Below, one piece after another: positions 28,211-39,164 of a stretch of DNA of 64,000 nt. Each line of letters begins with the position of its first letter. Positions within the stretch are counted from its first letter, which is position 1. The DNA is from Promethearchaeota archaeon (lineage in GTDB: Archaea; Asgardarchaeota; Lokiarchaeia; Sigyniarchaeales; SOKP01). The notes beneath the pieces were generated by a model. The model saw only the letters and a list, made by a program, of their open reading frames with translations. It ran no database searches and was not told where the DNA came from. Both the position numbers and the translations under genes were made by a program. The stretch covers positions 32,001-96,000 of the forward strand of contig JBHLMQ010000009.1 in NCBI GenBank assembly GCA_048938005.1, written 5' to 3'.

Positions 28211-30871
28211 ATGGATTTATCTACAGATAAATTTATACAAATAATTGAAAGTATTAAAGAATGTTATTTTGAAGTTGATTTAAAAGGTACTTTTACTTTT
28301 TTTAACGAATCATTATGCAAACTTACTGGATATTCAAGAGAAGAATTATTGGGGTTAAATTATAAATATATTGCTGATGAAGAAAATCGAAAAAAAGTGT
28401 TTAAAGGGTTTAACACTGTTTACACAACAGGTTTACCATTAACTGATTTACAATATGAATTCAGGAATAAAAATGGAGCCAAAATAATTGGTGAAACATC
28501 CGTATATTTAAAGTTTGACTCTAAAGGAAATAAAACTGGTTTTTATGGATTATTTCGCGATATCACTAAAAAAATAGAGGAAGAAAAAAAATTTAAAAAA
28601 GAATTAAAACAACTTCTCAATTTAAGAACTCAAGAGTTAAGAGAATCAGAAGAAAAGTATAGGAACCTACTCGAAAACTTAGATGTTGGTTTTTATTCTA
28701 CAACATTAGATGGTCGAATGCTTAATCATAATAGAGCACATAATATTATTTTAGGATATGATCCATCAGAGAATTTGAAAAATAAAGATGTTAGGGCATT
28801 TTGGCAATATCCAGAACAAAGAGAGGATTACATAAAACTTATTCTTAAAAATGGAATCGCGAAAAATTATATATGTTATGCTTTAACTAAAGATGGTAAA
28901 AAAATTGTTGTCGAGTTGAATTCTTATTTAATCAGAAATGAAAGTGGAGATCCGATTAGAATTGATGGCACGTTTTTTGATGTCACAGAAAAATTCAACT
29001 TGGAAAGAAAATTAAAAATATCAGAAGAAAAGTACAGAAACTTGGTAGAGAATGCTCAAGAAGGCGTGTGGGCCGTAGATGAAAATGATGATACAATCTT
29101 TGTTAATCCAAAAATATGTGAAATGCTTGGATATACTAGAGATGAAATTATGGGTGAAAATCTACATTTATTTTTAGAAGATCCAATGATAGAATTGATC
29201 AATAGTTATCGAAAACGTAGGGAGAAGGGCTTGAAAGATACTTATGAACTTGAATTTATAAAAAAAGATAGAACAATATTAAGCACAAGTATAAATGCTG
29301 CTCCAATTTTGAATGAAGATGGAGATTTCAAGGGTTCATTTGCTTTCATTAATGATATAACAAATAGGAAAATCGCGGAGCAAAATTTAAAAAAATCTGA
29401 AGAAAAGTATCGAGCTTTATTCGAAAATTCTCCCAATATGATAGTATTATTAAATTTAGAAGGAGAAATCATTGATCTTAACCCTGAAATCCTTAATTTT
29501 TATGGATATGAAAAAGATGATTTTCTCCATAAAAATTTTAGAACTCTTAATACTTTTCCAATGGAAGATTTGCCGAGAGTTGTAGAGGTATATAAAAAAC
29601 TGATTAATAAAGAAGATGTAGAACCCATAGAACTTCAATTTTATAATAAAGATGGAAGTATAACATGGGTGAATTCTCTAGCAAATTTAGTAGAAATAGA
29701 AAATGAAGCTTATATACAAGTTATAGTACAAGATATTAACGAACGTAAAATAGCGGAACTGAAATTAAAAGAATCCGAAGAAAGATATCGCAATTTAATT
29801 GAAACTGTACCATTTTCAATAGCTTTAATCGATCGACAAGGAAAAATCGTTTATACTAATCCAACAATTGAAAAGTTATTAGGGTATAGTCAAGATGAAT
29901 TAATTGGACACGAGTTCAAAAATATTCCAGCAATTAATCCAAATTATATTCCAATTACGCTTAAACGATTTCAAAAGGTTTTAAAAGGTGAGATTTTGCC
30001 CCCATTAGAAATAGAGTTACATAAGAAAGATGGTAGTTTAATTTGGATAAAATATCAAACTTCTTTAGTTAAATTAGGAAATGATGTTTTAATGCAAGCA
30101 GTTATAAATGACATTACAGAACAGAAAAAGGCAGATCTTCTAATAGAAGAAGAAATCCTAAAACTTAAAGAATTAGATCAGATTAGAAAAGATTTAATTT
30201 CTCGAGTTTCACATGAATTGAAAACCCCTTTAGTTTCCATTTGTGGAGCTGCTGAACTTCTTCTAGATTTATTTATAGAAGAATTTAAAGACGAACCAAA
30301 AGAACTAATTGAAATGATTGAAAAAGGTGGCAGAAGATTAAAATACCTAGTTGATAATCTGGTTGATATTACAAGGATAGAATATAAAAAATTCGAATTA
30401 GAGAAATATCCAAATGATATTAATCAATTAATTAGAGATTGTGTAAGAGAAATGATGTATCTCATAAATAAACGTAAATTGAATTTAAAACTTGAACTTC
30501 ATGATGGATTATTCTTAGAAATTGACAAAATAAGAATTGAACAAGTAGTATTAAATCTTCTATCTAATGCAATTAAAAATACTCCTCCTAATGGAAAAAT
30601 CACAGTAAAATCATTAAAAAAAAACAATTATGTGGAAATATCAATAAGTGACACTGGAATTGGCCTTACCAAGGAAGAGATGGATAAACTATTTACGAGG
30701 TTTGGCAAGATTGAAAGATATGGAAATGGATTAGAATTTATTGATATCCAAGGAACTGGACTTGGATTATATATTTCAAAAGAAATAATAGATTTACATG
30801 AAGGTCAAATTTGGGTCGAATCTGAAGGGAGGGATAAAGGTAGTATATTTACAATTAAAATACCAATATAA
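28211..30871 (+). CDS. cytoplasmic multi-PAS (5x) sensor histidine kinase
   Basis: Five SEEKYR.L.E...D[IV]T PAS units, H-box SHELKTPL, N-box NLLSNAIKNT, DTGIG, GTGLGL. Confidence 0.93.
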   Translation: MDLSTDKFIQIIESIKECYFEVDLKGTFTFFNESLCKLTGYSREELLGLNYKYIADEENRKKVFKGFNTVYTTGLPLTDLQYEFRNKNGAKIIGETSVYLKFDSKGNKTGFYGLFRDITKKIEEEKKFKKELKQLLNLRTQELRESEEKYRNLLENLDVGFYSTTLDGRMLNHNRAHNIILGYDPSENLKNKDVRAFWQYPEQREDYIKLILKNGIAKNYICYALTKDGKKIVVELNSYLIRNESGDPIRIDGTFFDVTEKFNLERKLKISEEKYRNLVENAQEGVWAVDENDDTIFVNPKICEMLGYTRDEIMGENLHLFLEDPMIELINSYRKRREKGLKDTYELEFIKKDRTILSTSINAAPILNEDGDFKGSFAFINDITNRKIAEQNLKKSEEKYRALFENSPNMIVLLNLEGEIIDLNPEILNFYGYEKDDFLHKNFRTLNTFPMEDLPRVVEVYKKLINKEDVEPIELQFYNKDGSITWVNSLANLVEIENEAYIQVIVQDINERKIAELKLKESEERYRNLIETVPFSIALIDRQGKIVYTNPTIEKLLGYSQDELIGHEFKNIPAINPNYIPITLKRFQKVLKGEILPPLEIELHKKDGSLIWIKYQTSLVKLGNDVLMQAVINDITEQKKADLLIEEEILKLKELDQIRKDLISRVSHELKTPLVSICGAAELLLDLFIEEFKDEPKELIEMIEKGGRRLKYLVDNLVDITRIEYKKFELEKYPNDINQLIRDCVREMMYLINKRKLNLKLELHDGLFLEIDKIRIEQVVLNLLSNAIKNTPPNGKITVKSLKKNNYVEISISDTGIGLTKEEMDKLFTRFGKIERYGNGLEFIDIQGTGLGLYISKEIIDLHEGQIWVESEGRDKGSIFTIKIPI

Positions 30872-30912
30872 TTATAAAAAAAGTAGAAATTACAATAAAA
30901 ATTGAGTGGCGA

Positions 30913-33540
30913 ATGACATATAATAGGGAAGAAATAAGAGAAAGTTACAGAAATTTGTTTGAACATTCATTAGATTTAATTTATGTAAGTGATTTAGAGG
31001 GAAATTTTCTGGATGCTAATGATCTTACCTTAATTTCCTTGGGTTATGAAAGGGAAGATATTCCAAATGTTAAATTTTTAGATCTCCTTGAAGAAGATGA
31101 ATTAATTATAGCATATGAGGCTTTAAAGGAAATAATAAGGACAGGAAAGCAGTCTAAACGTAGAGAATATAAAATAAGAGCAAAAAATGGTAATTTTATT
31201 TTTGTAGAAACATATGCCATGCCATTAAAGAAAAATGGAAAAATCTATGCAATTTTAGGCATTGGCAAAAATATCACTGATCACAAGAAAGCAGAACAAA
31301 AATTAAGAGATTCTGAAGAAATGTTTAGAGCACTGTATAAAGAGGGACCAATTGCTACTTATACTTGGAAAAAACTTAATGCGGATTTTGTTTTCATCGA
31401 ATTTAATAATGCGGCTGACGGGATAACCAATGGGAATGCTGTAAATGTTTTGGGCCATAGAGCTTCTGAAATATATAAAGATAGACCAGATATTTTGAAA
31501 GATTTACATATGTGTTTTAATCAGAAAAAGAATATTACGAGAGAGATGAAATATAAATTTCAGTTTACTACAGAAGAAAAATATCTTTTAGTAAAATATG
31601 GCTATGTTAAACCAGATTTAGTGATTGTTCAAACTGAAGATATAACTGAAAAGAGAGTGGCAGAAGAACAATTAAAAGAATCAGAATTAAAATATCGCAA
31701 TATGATTAATAACTTAGATGTTGGATTTTATCAAGTATCCTTAGATGGTGTATTATTAACACATAATCCTGCTTATAATAAAATCTTAGGGTTTGAAATA
31801 TCAGAACATTTAAGAAATACAAATGTAACTGAATTATGGCAACAACCTGAACTTCGAAAAGAGTACTTGAAGCAAATTTTCAGAGACAATTATGTTAGAG
31901 GTTATACTTGCCATGCATTAAAAAAAAGCGCTGAAAAAATTGTTTTAGAATTGAATTCACATTTGATCAGAGACAAGCGAGGAAACCCAGTTAGAATAGA
32001 TGGAACATTTATAGACATTACTGAAAAATTCACTTTAGAACGTGAGTTAAAAGAATCTGAAGAAAAGTTCAGAAATATTGCTGAACAGTCAATATTAGGG
32101 ATCGCTATTTTACAAGATGGAAAGTTTAAATATGTAAATCAAAGATTAGCTGCTATTGGAGGTCTTACTCCAGAAGAAATGAAGGAATGGGGGGCAGGAG
32201 AATTCCTTAATATGGCTCATCCAAAAGATAGAGAAATGATTGCTGAACAGGCAAGAAAAAAGCAGATAGGGGAGAAAGATGTTATAAATCATTATCAATT
32301 TAGAGGTTTTAAAAAAACAGGAGAATTGTTTCATGGAGAACTTTTTTCAAAAAGTATTAATTATCAAGGAAGAGTTGCAGATTTCATTACTGTTATCGAT
32401 ATTACCGATAAAATACAAGCTGAAAAAAAATTTTTAGAATCTGAAAAAAAATATCGTTATCTCTATGAAAATACTCCATTTTCTATTGTTCTTATAAATT
32501 CTAAAGGTGAAATTGTGGATTGTAATCCAAGAACGGAAATACTGTTTGGATACTCAAAGACTGATTTAATAGGTAAAAAATTTCACAAAATTTCAGTAAT
32601 ACATTCAGATTATTTACCAACTATTATGGATCTTTTTAAGAAATTCATTAAAGGTGAGATCGTTCATCGAATTGATCTAAAAATGTATAAAAAGGATGGA
32701 ACTTTAGTATGGGTAAATTTGCAAGCTTCATTAGTTCAATTGGAAAAAGAATATTTTGTTCAGGCTTTATTTACTGATATTTCAAAACGAAAAGAAGCCG
32801 AATTCTTAATTAATGAAGAAATTATAAAATTGAAAGAACTTGACCAAATAAGAAAAAATTTAATATCAAGAGTTGCCCATGAGTTAAAGACACCTCTTGC
32901 TTCTGTTTGTGGAGGTTCAGAGTTTCTTACTAGTGTTTATAATAACCAAATGGGAAAAGAAGAATTAGAGATTCTCTCTTTAATTACCAAAGGAGGAAAC
33001 AGATTAAAATATTTAGTGGATAATTTAATTGACATTTCGAAAATAGAATATGATAAGTTCAAGCTCAAAAAGCAAATGAGTGATATATGTGAATTGATAA
33101 AAGAATCTTCTAGAGAAATGAATCACTTTTTAAATAATAGAGAACTAACTCTCAATTTAGAGTTACCTGACAAACTATACATAAAGATTGATAGAATTAG
33201 ATTTGAACAAGTTATTATGAATTTGTTATCAAATGCAATTAAAAATACCCCTCCAAAAGGAAGTATTACTGTTAAAGTAGAAAAGCAAGAAAATTGGGTA
33301 CTCCTCTCTGTGAGTGATACAGGAGTAGGATTAACCAGAGAGGAGATGGAAATAATATTCACTCGATTTGGTAAAATAGAAAGATATGGAGAAGGATTAG
33401 AATACATTGATATTCAAGGTTCTGGGCTTGGATTGTTTATTTCAAAAGAAATTGTGGATTTACATGGAGGTAATATTAGAGTTGAATCAGAAGGTAGACA
33501 TAAAGGAAGTAATTTTATTGTAAAGTTACCAATGAATTAA
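30913..33540 (+). CDS. cytoplasmic multi-PAS (5x) sensor histidine kinase, paralogue of upstream gene
   Basis: Five PAS units, AHELKTPL, NLLSNAIKNT, DTGVG, GSGLGL. Confidence 0.93.
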   Translation: MTYNREEIRESYRNLFEHSLDLIYVSDLEGNFLDANDLTLISLGYEREDIPNVKFLDLLEEDELIIAYEALKEIIRTGKQSKRREYKIRAKNGNFIFVETYAMPLKKNGKIYAILGIGKNITDHKKAEQKLRDSEEMFRALYKEGPIATYTWKKLNADFVFIEFNNAADGITNGNAVNVLGHRASEIYKDRPDILKDLHMCFNQKKNITREMKYKFQFTTEEKYLLVKYGYVKPDLVIVQTEDITEKRVAEEQLKESELKYRNMINNLDVGFYQVSLDGVLLTHNPAYNKILGFEISEHLRNTNVTELWQQPELRKEYLKQIFRDNYVRGYTCHALKKSAEKIVLELNSHLIRDKRGNPVRIDGTFIDITEKFTLERELKESEEKFRNIAEQSILGIAILQDGKFKYVNQRLAAIGGLTPEEMKEWGAGEFLNMAHPKDREMIAEQARKKQIGEKDVINHYQFRGFKKTGELFHGELFSKSINYQGRVADFITVIDITDKIQAEKKFLESEKKYRYLYENTPFSIVLINSKGEIVDCNPRTEILFGYSKTDLIGKKFHKISVIHSDYLPTIMDLFKKFIKGEIVHRIDLKMYKKDGTLVWVNLQASLVQLEKEYFVQALFTDISKRKEAEFLINEEIIKLKELDQIRKNLISRVAHELKTPLASVCGGSEFLTSVYNNQMGKEELEILSLITKGGNRLKYLVDNLIDISKIEYDKFKLKKQMSDICELIKESSREMNHFLNNRELTLNLELPDKLYIKIDRIRFEQVIMNLLSNAIKNTPPKGSITVKVEKQENWVLLSVSDTGVGLTREEMEIIFTRFGKIERYGEGLEYIDIQGSGLGLFISKEIVDLHGGNIRVESEGRHKGSNFIVKLPMN

Positions 33541-33560
33541 TTTATCTTTAAAAAAGAAAA

Positions 33561-34148
33561 TCATTTAATTTTAGCTAAATTATATCCCTCTTCGATTAAT
33601 TCATAGTTAATTTTACCTAAATTTTCTCCCATTCGCTTAAAAACAACAGCTTTCAAATTATCTAAATTTAAGTCTGATAATGCTTTAGAAAGTAAACCTA
33701 GAATCGGTGTGTTAATTACTGGATTTCCATCAATAGTAAGATTTTTTTCTATCGCTAGTTTGCTAATATCTGCAACAACAATCTTAGTGTTTTTGCTTAT
33801 ATTAAACTTAGAAACAAAATATTCTGGTTCCTTTGCAGAATTGATTATAAAAATTCCATCTTTTCTTAAAGAAGAAACAATCTCTTGGTTCAATACAGTT
33901 TCATCAAATATTATTAAAATATTCGGATTTTCTATTTGAGCTCTATCCCATATTGTATCTGTACGAGATAGTTTAGCATATGCTTGAACGGGAGCGCCTC
34001 TCCTTTCTGCTCCAAATGAAGGATATGCATGTACGTCCACGAAATTACCACTTAGGTACGCAGCTTCAGCAATAATTTCACAAGCGGTTACAGCTCCCTG
34101 ACCTCCTCTTCCATGAATAATAATTTCAATATTCTCTTTTTCATCCAT
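33561..34148 (-). CDS. porG: 2-oxoacid:ferredoxin oxidoreductase gamma subunit
   Basis: HGRGGQGAVT, PSFGAERRGAPV, INTPILG. Confidence 0.92.
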   Translation of the reverse strand: MDEKENIEIIIHGRGGQGAVTACEIIAEAAYLSGNFVDVHAYPSFGAERRGAPVQAYAKLSRTDTIWDRAQIENPNILIIFDETVLNQEIVSSLRKDGIFIINSAKEPEYFVSKFNISKNTKIVVADISKLAIEKNLTIDGNPVINTPILGLLSKALSDLNLDNLKAVVFKRMGENLGKINYELIEEGYNLAKIK

Positions 34149-34357
34149 ATAAAAAGCCCAAAAAAAAGGGATAAATATTATTTAATATGAAGTTTACCTA
34201 ATAATATAAAATTTTTTTAAATTTCTTTTATGAGCATTATTATAAAATGAAAATTACTGTCGCAATTCTTTAAGGAAAAAAATATTTAGAGGATAAAGAT
34301 AAAATAAATTAGCATTAATATAATAATTAATTATCATAAGATCTATGTGAAAGTATC

Positions 34358-35203
34358 ATGAGAAATGAAACTGGACATTTTAAAGGAAGAGAATTGAAAA
34401 AATTATTTTATCAATCTTGGATACCAGATTCTGGAGAAATAAAGGCATATATTATAGCTGTTCATGGATGGGGAACTCATTCTGACAGATTAAAAACCCC
34501 TGCGAAATATTTTACAGAAAAAGGGTATGCCATTTATGCATTTGATTTACGTGGGCATTGGAGAAATTTAGGTGATATCCCTGGCCATATTGATAGCATG
34601 GATCATATTCAAAAAGATACGCTTCTTTTCATGGATTTTATTCTGGAGATTGCCAAAAATAAAAAAATATTTTTGATGGGACATTCTTTTGGAGGTTTAG
34701 TTAGTTTAATTTTTGCAATAAACCATCCTAATTTGTCAGGAGCCTTAATTTCGTCTCCATTATTAGGGATGTTTTTAAGATTATCAATGGGCAAGAAAGT
34801 TATAAAATCAATATCTAAAACTCTCGCTAGATTAGCCCCTAATAAGATATTAGACAATATTATTGATCAGAATCAATTAACAAGTGATTTAAAGATATTA
34901 CGACAACATATTGCTGATAAACATAAAATAGAAGTCATATCAGCTAAATCAGCAATAGAGATAGATAGATCCTCGAAATGGGCAATGGAGAATGCATCGA
35001 AATTACTTTGTCCAATACTACTTATGCAAGCCGGTGAAGATAAAATTGTAGATAAAGGAAAGACAAAACAGTTTTTTGAACGAGTTAGAAGCAAAGATAA
35101 GACTTACCGTGAATATGATGGTTTTCTACATGAACTATGGAACGAAAAAGGCAGAGCCCAAGTTTATCAAGATATGTTTGTATGGCTCGAAAAACATTTG
35201 TAA
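34358..35203 (+). CDS. lysophospholipase / monoacylglycerol lipase (Hydrolase_4)
   Basis: VHGWGTHSDR, DLRGH, GHSFGG, GEDKIV, HELWNE. Confidence 0.88.
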   Translation: MRNETGHFKGRELKKLFYQSWIPDSGEIKAYIIAVHGWGTHSDRLKTPAKYFTEKGYAIYAFDLRGHWRNLGDIPGHIDSMDHIQKDTLLFMDFILEIAKNKKIFLMGHSFGGLVSLIFAINHPNLSGALISSPLLGMFLRLSMGKKVIKSISKTLARLAPNKILDNIIDQNQLTSDLKILRQHIADKHKIEVISAKSAIEIDRSSKWAMENASKLLCPILLMQAGEDKIVDKGKTKQFFERVRSKDKTYREYDGFLHELWNEKGRAQVYQDMFVWLEKHL

Positions 35204-35240
35204 TAGGAAAAAAAAATAAAGGGTTAATTTAATAAAAAGA

Positions 35241-36062
35241 TTATCTACCTTTGAATTTGGGGTCTGTTTTTGCTATAGATGCTCTAACGGCTGCTCGCCA
35301 ATCAGATGTACGTAATGCTGCAGCATTATTTTCAGTCTCTAAATCTAATAATTTAATTAAAATCTCTCTAAAATAATTATGCATTGTCTTTTTCATCAAT
35401 TTAATACTTAAACTTGGACCTTTTGGTGGTATTAGCCTTAGAGCTTGCTCTCTAGCAAAGGGTATTAATTTTTCTAAAGGTAGGACTTTGTTTACTAAAC
35501 CAAGTTTTTCGGCCTGCTGAGCTGTTATTTTATCACCAAAATATGCAATTTCTTTAGCTTTTTGAAAACCAACGAGAAATGGGAGCGTGAAGTGCGCTCC
35601 AAAAATGGGAAGGACTGCATTCCTTACAAAATAATATCCTATCCACGCATCTTCTGCCATATAAATTAAATCAGCCCCTACTTGACACATGGTTATAGCA
35701 GAACCTATGGCTAAACCGTTTATTGCAGCTATAACAGGTTTTGAAAAATCCCAGAATTTTAAGCTTAACCTTTTATTTGTAAGGTCTGAAACATCTATTT
35801 GTTCTTTAATATCTGGAGGAAGTGATGTTAGATAATCTATTTTAATATAATCACCAGAAGAGAAAGCATTAGCCTCCTTACAACCCGTTATAATAAGAAC
35901 TCTTGCATTTTTATCTTCTTCCATATCATCTAAAACCGTTTCAATTTCTAAAAAAGTAACTAACGACAAGGCATTCTTTCGTTTAGGAATATTCAAGGTT
36001 ATTGTACAAATCCCATTTTCTTCTTTTTCGTAAATGATATCAGTAAAATATTCAATGTTCAT
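35241..36062 (-). CDS. enoyl-CoA hydratase/isomerase (crotonase) family protein
   Basis: TITLN.P.RKNAL, KPVIAAINGLAIG, ITAQQAEKLGLVNKV, PKFKGR. Confidence 0.85.
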   Translation of the reverse strand: MNIEYFTDIIYEKEENGICTITLNIPKRKNALSLVTFLEIETVLDDMEEDKNARVLIITGCKEANAFSSGDYIKIDYLTSLPPDIKEQIDVSDLTNKRLSLKFWDFSKPVIAAINGLAIGSAITMCQVGADLIYMAEDAWIGYYFVRNAVLPIFGAHFTLPFLVGFQKAKEIAYFGDKITAQQAEKLGLVNKVLPLEKLIPFAREQALRLIPPKGPSLSIKLMKKTMHNYFREILIKLLDLETENNAAALRTSDWRAAVRASIAKTDPKFKGR

Positions 36063-36266
36063 TTTTACCCTCTATTAGTTTTGTTTTGATTATCTATTGA
36101 TACTAATAATTTAACTTTAAACTTTTTATATGTTTATTATTTATTCTTTTAACGTAATCTATTTCTCAGCAATTCAAATTATTAAATTTGTAATAAATAG
36201 AATTAATTTCTATTAAAAATTAATACACTTGTAGCATTTAATTCTAAATTACAACTTAATTTCTTA

Positions 36267-39164
36267 ATGCTTGATAAGATGTCTTTTAAAGAAATTAAAT
36301 TCAAAGATTTAACACCAATGATGAAACACTGGTACTCAGTGAAAAAGAAATATCCAGAAAACCTTGTAGCCTATCGAATGGGTGATTTTTATGAATTTTT
36401 CTATGATGATGCAGAAAGAATTTCAAAACTTTTAGGAATAACACTTACCAAACGTAAAATAGGAAATGATGCATACCCCTTAGCAGGGATTCCACACCAT
36501 TCAGGTCATAATTATTTTAATAATCTTATGAATCTTGGTGAGACTTTAGTAATAGTCGATCAGTTAGAAGATCCAACGACTGTAAAGGGAAGAATTGTGA
36601 AAAGAGGTGTTACACGGATACTTTCACCAGGTACAATCATAGAACCAAATTTGTTAAAATCCAATGAGAATAATTATATCGCATCTATGGTAAAAGAGAG
36701 GAGTGGGTTTGGCGTTGCTTTCACAGATATCTCCACCGGAGAATTTGTTGCAACTGAATTTTCATTTAAGGATCAAGACCCACAGGAAAAATTGCTAAGT
36801 TTGTTTTCTCAATACGATCCTGTAGAATTAATTATACCTCCGGACTTGAAAAAGGATGAAAGACTTTTTATACTCTTAACAGATCTAACAAAAGCAATCA
36901 TTAAACCTTATGAGGAACATGTTTTTCTATATGATGAGGCTTACACCTTAATTACTCGCCATTTTAAAATTTCCAATTTAAAGGGTTTTGGTTTAGAAGA
37001 TAAACAAATGGCTATTCAGGCAGCTGGTGGCCTGTTAGCTTTTTTAAAAGAGACCCAACGAGATATAATTCCAAATATTTTTAAAATCAATGTTATACAA
37101 GAAAAAAATGTACTACACCTAGACTATATTACACAAAGGAATTTAGAATTAATTAACTCTCTATGGGAAAGAGGAAAAGATGCTACGTTATATTCTATTT
37201 TTAACCACACGTATACACCAATGGGAGCTCGTTTATTAAAGAAGTTTATTCTCCAGCCTTTAACAGATATTGAAGAAATCAATCAAAGACTTAATATAGT
37301 TCAAAAATTTAAGGATGATATCTTTTTAAGGTCTGATTTAAGGGAGGAGTTGAGAGTTATTGGAGATCTCGAAAGGTTTATTAACAGGATTAATTATAGT
37401 GGTCGTTCTAATGCTCGAGATTTAATAAATATCAAGAATTCTTTAGAAAAATTACCAAAAATCAAAGAATTATTAGAAGGAGCAGATATTCCCGAAATTT
37501 CTTCATTTGTTAAAAATATTAGCACTTTTAATGAAGTAAAAGATCTAATAAACATTTCAATTAGAGATAATCCCCCCACTACCATTAGTGAAGGCAATAT
37601 TATTAGAGATGGTTATAATGATGAAGTGGATGAACTGAGAGATATTATTCATAATGGAAAAAAATATGTGTTAGAATATGAACATGAACAGAAAAAAAAA
37701 TGGAATCTAACGACAGGATTAAAAGTTGGTTATAATAATATACTTGGTTACTATATTGAAATAACCTTAAAAACTCTTAAAAACATCCGAAATCTTCCTG
37801 ATGAATATGTTGAAAGAGCAACGCTCAAAAATGCTAAAAGATACACAACTGAAAGATTAAAAGAACTTGAAGAGAAAATTATAAGTGCAGAAGAAAAAAT
37901 TAATGATTTAGAATATGAGCTTTTCAATATTATTCGTGAAAAAGTGGAAAAAAGAACTAAAAATATCCTCGAAACTGCTAAGAATATCGCTATTATTGAT
38001 GTCCTTGTATGCTTTGCTGAAGTAGCTGAGCAATATAATTACTCTAGACCTATCATAAATAAAGATAATAAAATTATAATTAAAGCTGGCAGACATCCTG
38101 TAGTTGAGCAAATTAATATAGATGAGCAATTCATCCCTAATGATTGTTATTTAGATAATGAAAATGACCAATTATTAATTGTTACTGGTCCTAATATGGC
38201 AGGTAAAAGCACTTATTTAAGACAAGTTGCTTTAATATGTATTATTGCTCAAATGGGATGTTTTGTTCCTGCAAAATCTGCCACAATTGGGATAATTGAT
38301 CAAATTTTCACGCGTATAGGAGCTTCAGATGATCTTGCTAGAAAATTAAGCACATTTATGATAGAAATGACTGAAACAGCTAAAATCTTAAACTATGCTA
38401 CACCAAAAAGTTTTGTAATAATAGATGAATTAGGGAGGGGAACTAGTACAAGCGATGGTCAAAGTATAGCAATGGCTACTCTTGAAAAACTACATGAATT
38501 AAAAATCAAGACCCTATTCAGCACTCATTATCATCAATTAACAGAAATCAATTTGCCTAGAGTAAAAAATTATCATTTAGATATTATTGAAAATGATGAT
38601 GGGAGTATTAATTTTGTGAGAACATTAAAACCTGGAAGTACCGATAAATCTTATGGGATTCATGTTGCTAAACTAGCAGGAATACCAGACGATGTTATAA
38701 TAAGAGCTTTTGAAATTCTTGAACAAATAGAAGAAGAAGATCCCTTTAGGACAACAGTTATAAAAAATGGGAATACAGAATCATCAAAAAAATTTTATGA
38801 TAAGATAATAAATGGAAAAAAATATGAACTTGATAAATTAAACATAGAATTAAATGCTCTTAAAGAATCACTAAGTGAATGTACTGAAGAATTAAGTATA
38901 ACAGAAAAGGATTTAGAGAGAAAAAAGCGAGAGGCTACAGATATAGAGTCTGAAATTGAAACTAGTAAAGCTAAGATTTCTCAAAGTAGAGTTCCAAAAA
39001 AGAAAAAGTATGTACAAACAATTTTATTTGAACCTATAAGCAAAAAAGAAAGATTTACAGATTTATTAAATATCATTAAGGAAATTGATATTAAATCAGA
39101 TATTCCAGATAAATTAAAAGATCAAATAATTGAACTCAAAAGAGAATTAGAGAAACTTAACTAA
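36267..39164 (+). CDS. mutS: DNA mismatch repair protein MutS (MutS1) with C-terminal coiled-coil extension
   Basis: TPMM, MGDFYEFF (Phe-X-Glu), GRHPVVE, TGPNMAGKSTYLRQ, STFMIEM, DELGRGTS, SYGIHVAKLAG. Confidence 0.96.
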   Translation: MLDKMSFKEIKFKDLTPMMKHWYSVKKKYPENLVAYRMGDFYEFFYDDAERISKLLGITLTKRKIGNDAYPLAGIPHHSGHNYFNNLMNLGETLVIVDQLEDPTTVKGRIVKRGVTRILSPGTIIEPNLLKSNENNYIASMVKERSGFGVAFTDISTGEFVATEFSFKDQDPQEKLLSLFSQYDPVELIIPPDLKKDERLFILLTDLTKAIIKPYEEHVFLYDEAYTLITRHFKISNLKGFGLEDKQMAIQAAGGLLAFLKETQRDIIPNIFKINVIQEKNVLHLDYITQRNLELINSLWERGKDATLYSIFNHTYTPMGARLLKKFILQPLTDIEEINQRLNIVQKFKDDIFLRSDLREELRVIGDLERFINRINYSGRSNARDLINIKNSLEKLPKIKELLEGADIPEISSFVKNISTFNEVKDLINISIRDNPPTTISEGNIIRDGYNDEVDELRDIIHNGKKYVLEYEHEQKKKWNLTTGLKVGYNNILGYYIEITLKTLKNIRNLPDEYVERATLKNAKRYTTERLKELEEKIISAEEKINDLEYELFNIIREKVEKRTKNILETAKNIAIIDVLVCFAEVAEQYNYSRPIINKDNKIIIKAGRHPVVEQINIDEQFIPNDCYLDNENDQLLIVTGPNMAGKSTYLRQVALICIIAQMGCFVPAKSATIGIIDQIFTRIGASDDLARKLSTFMIEMTETAKILNYATPKSFVIIDELGRGTSTSDGQSIAMATLEKLHELKIKTLFSTHYHQLTEINLPRVKNYHLDIIENDDGSINFVRTLKPGSTDKSYGIHVAKLAGIPDDVIIRAFEILEQIEEEDPFRTTVIKNGNTESSKKFYDKIINGKKYELDKLNIELNALKESLSECTEELSITEKDLERKKREATDIESEIETSKAKISQSRVPKKKKYVQTILFEPISKKERFTDLLNIIKEIDIKSDIPDKLKDQIIELKRELEKLN

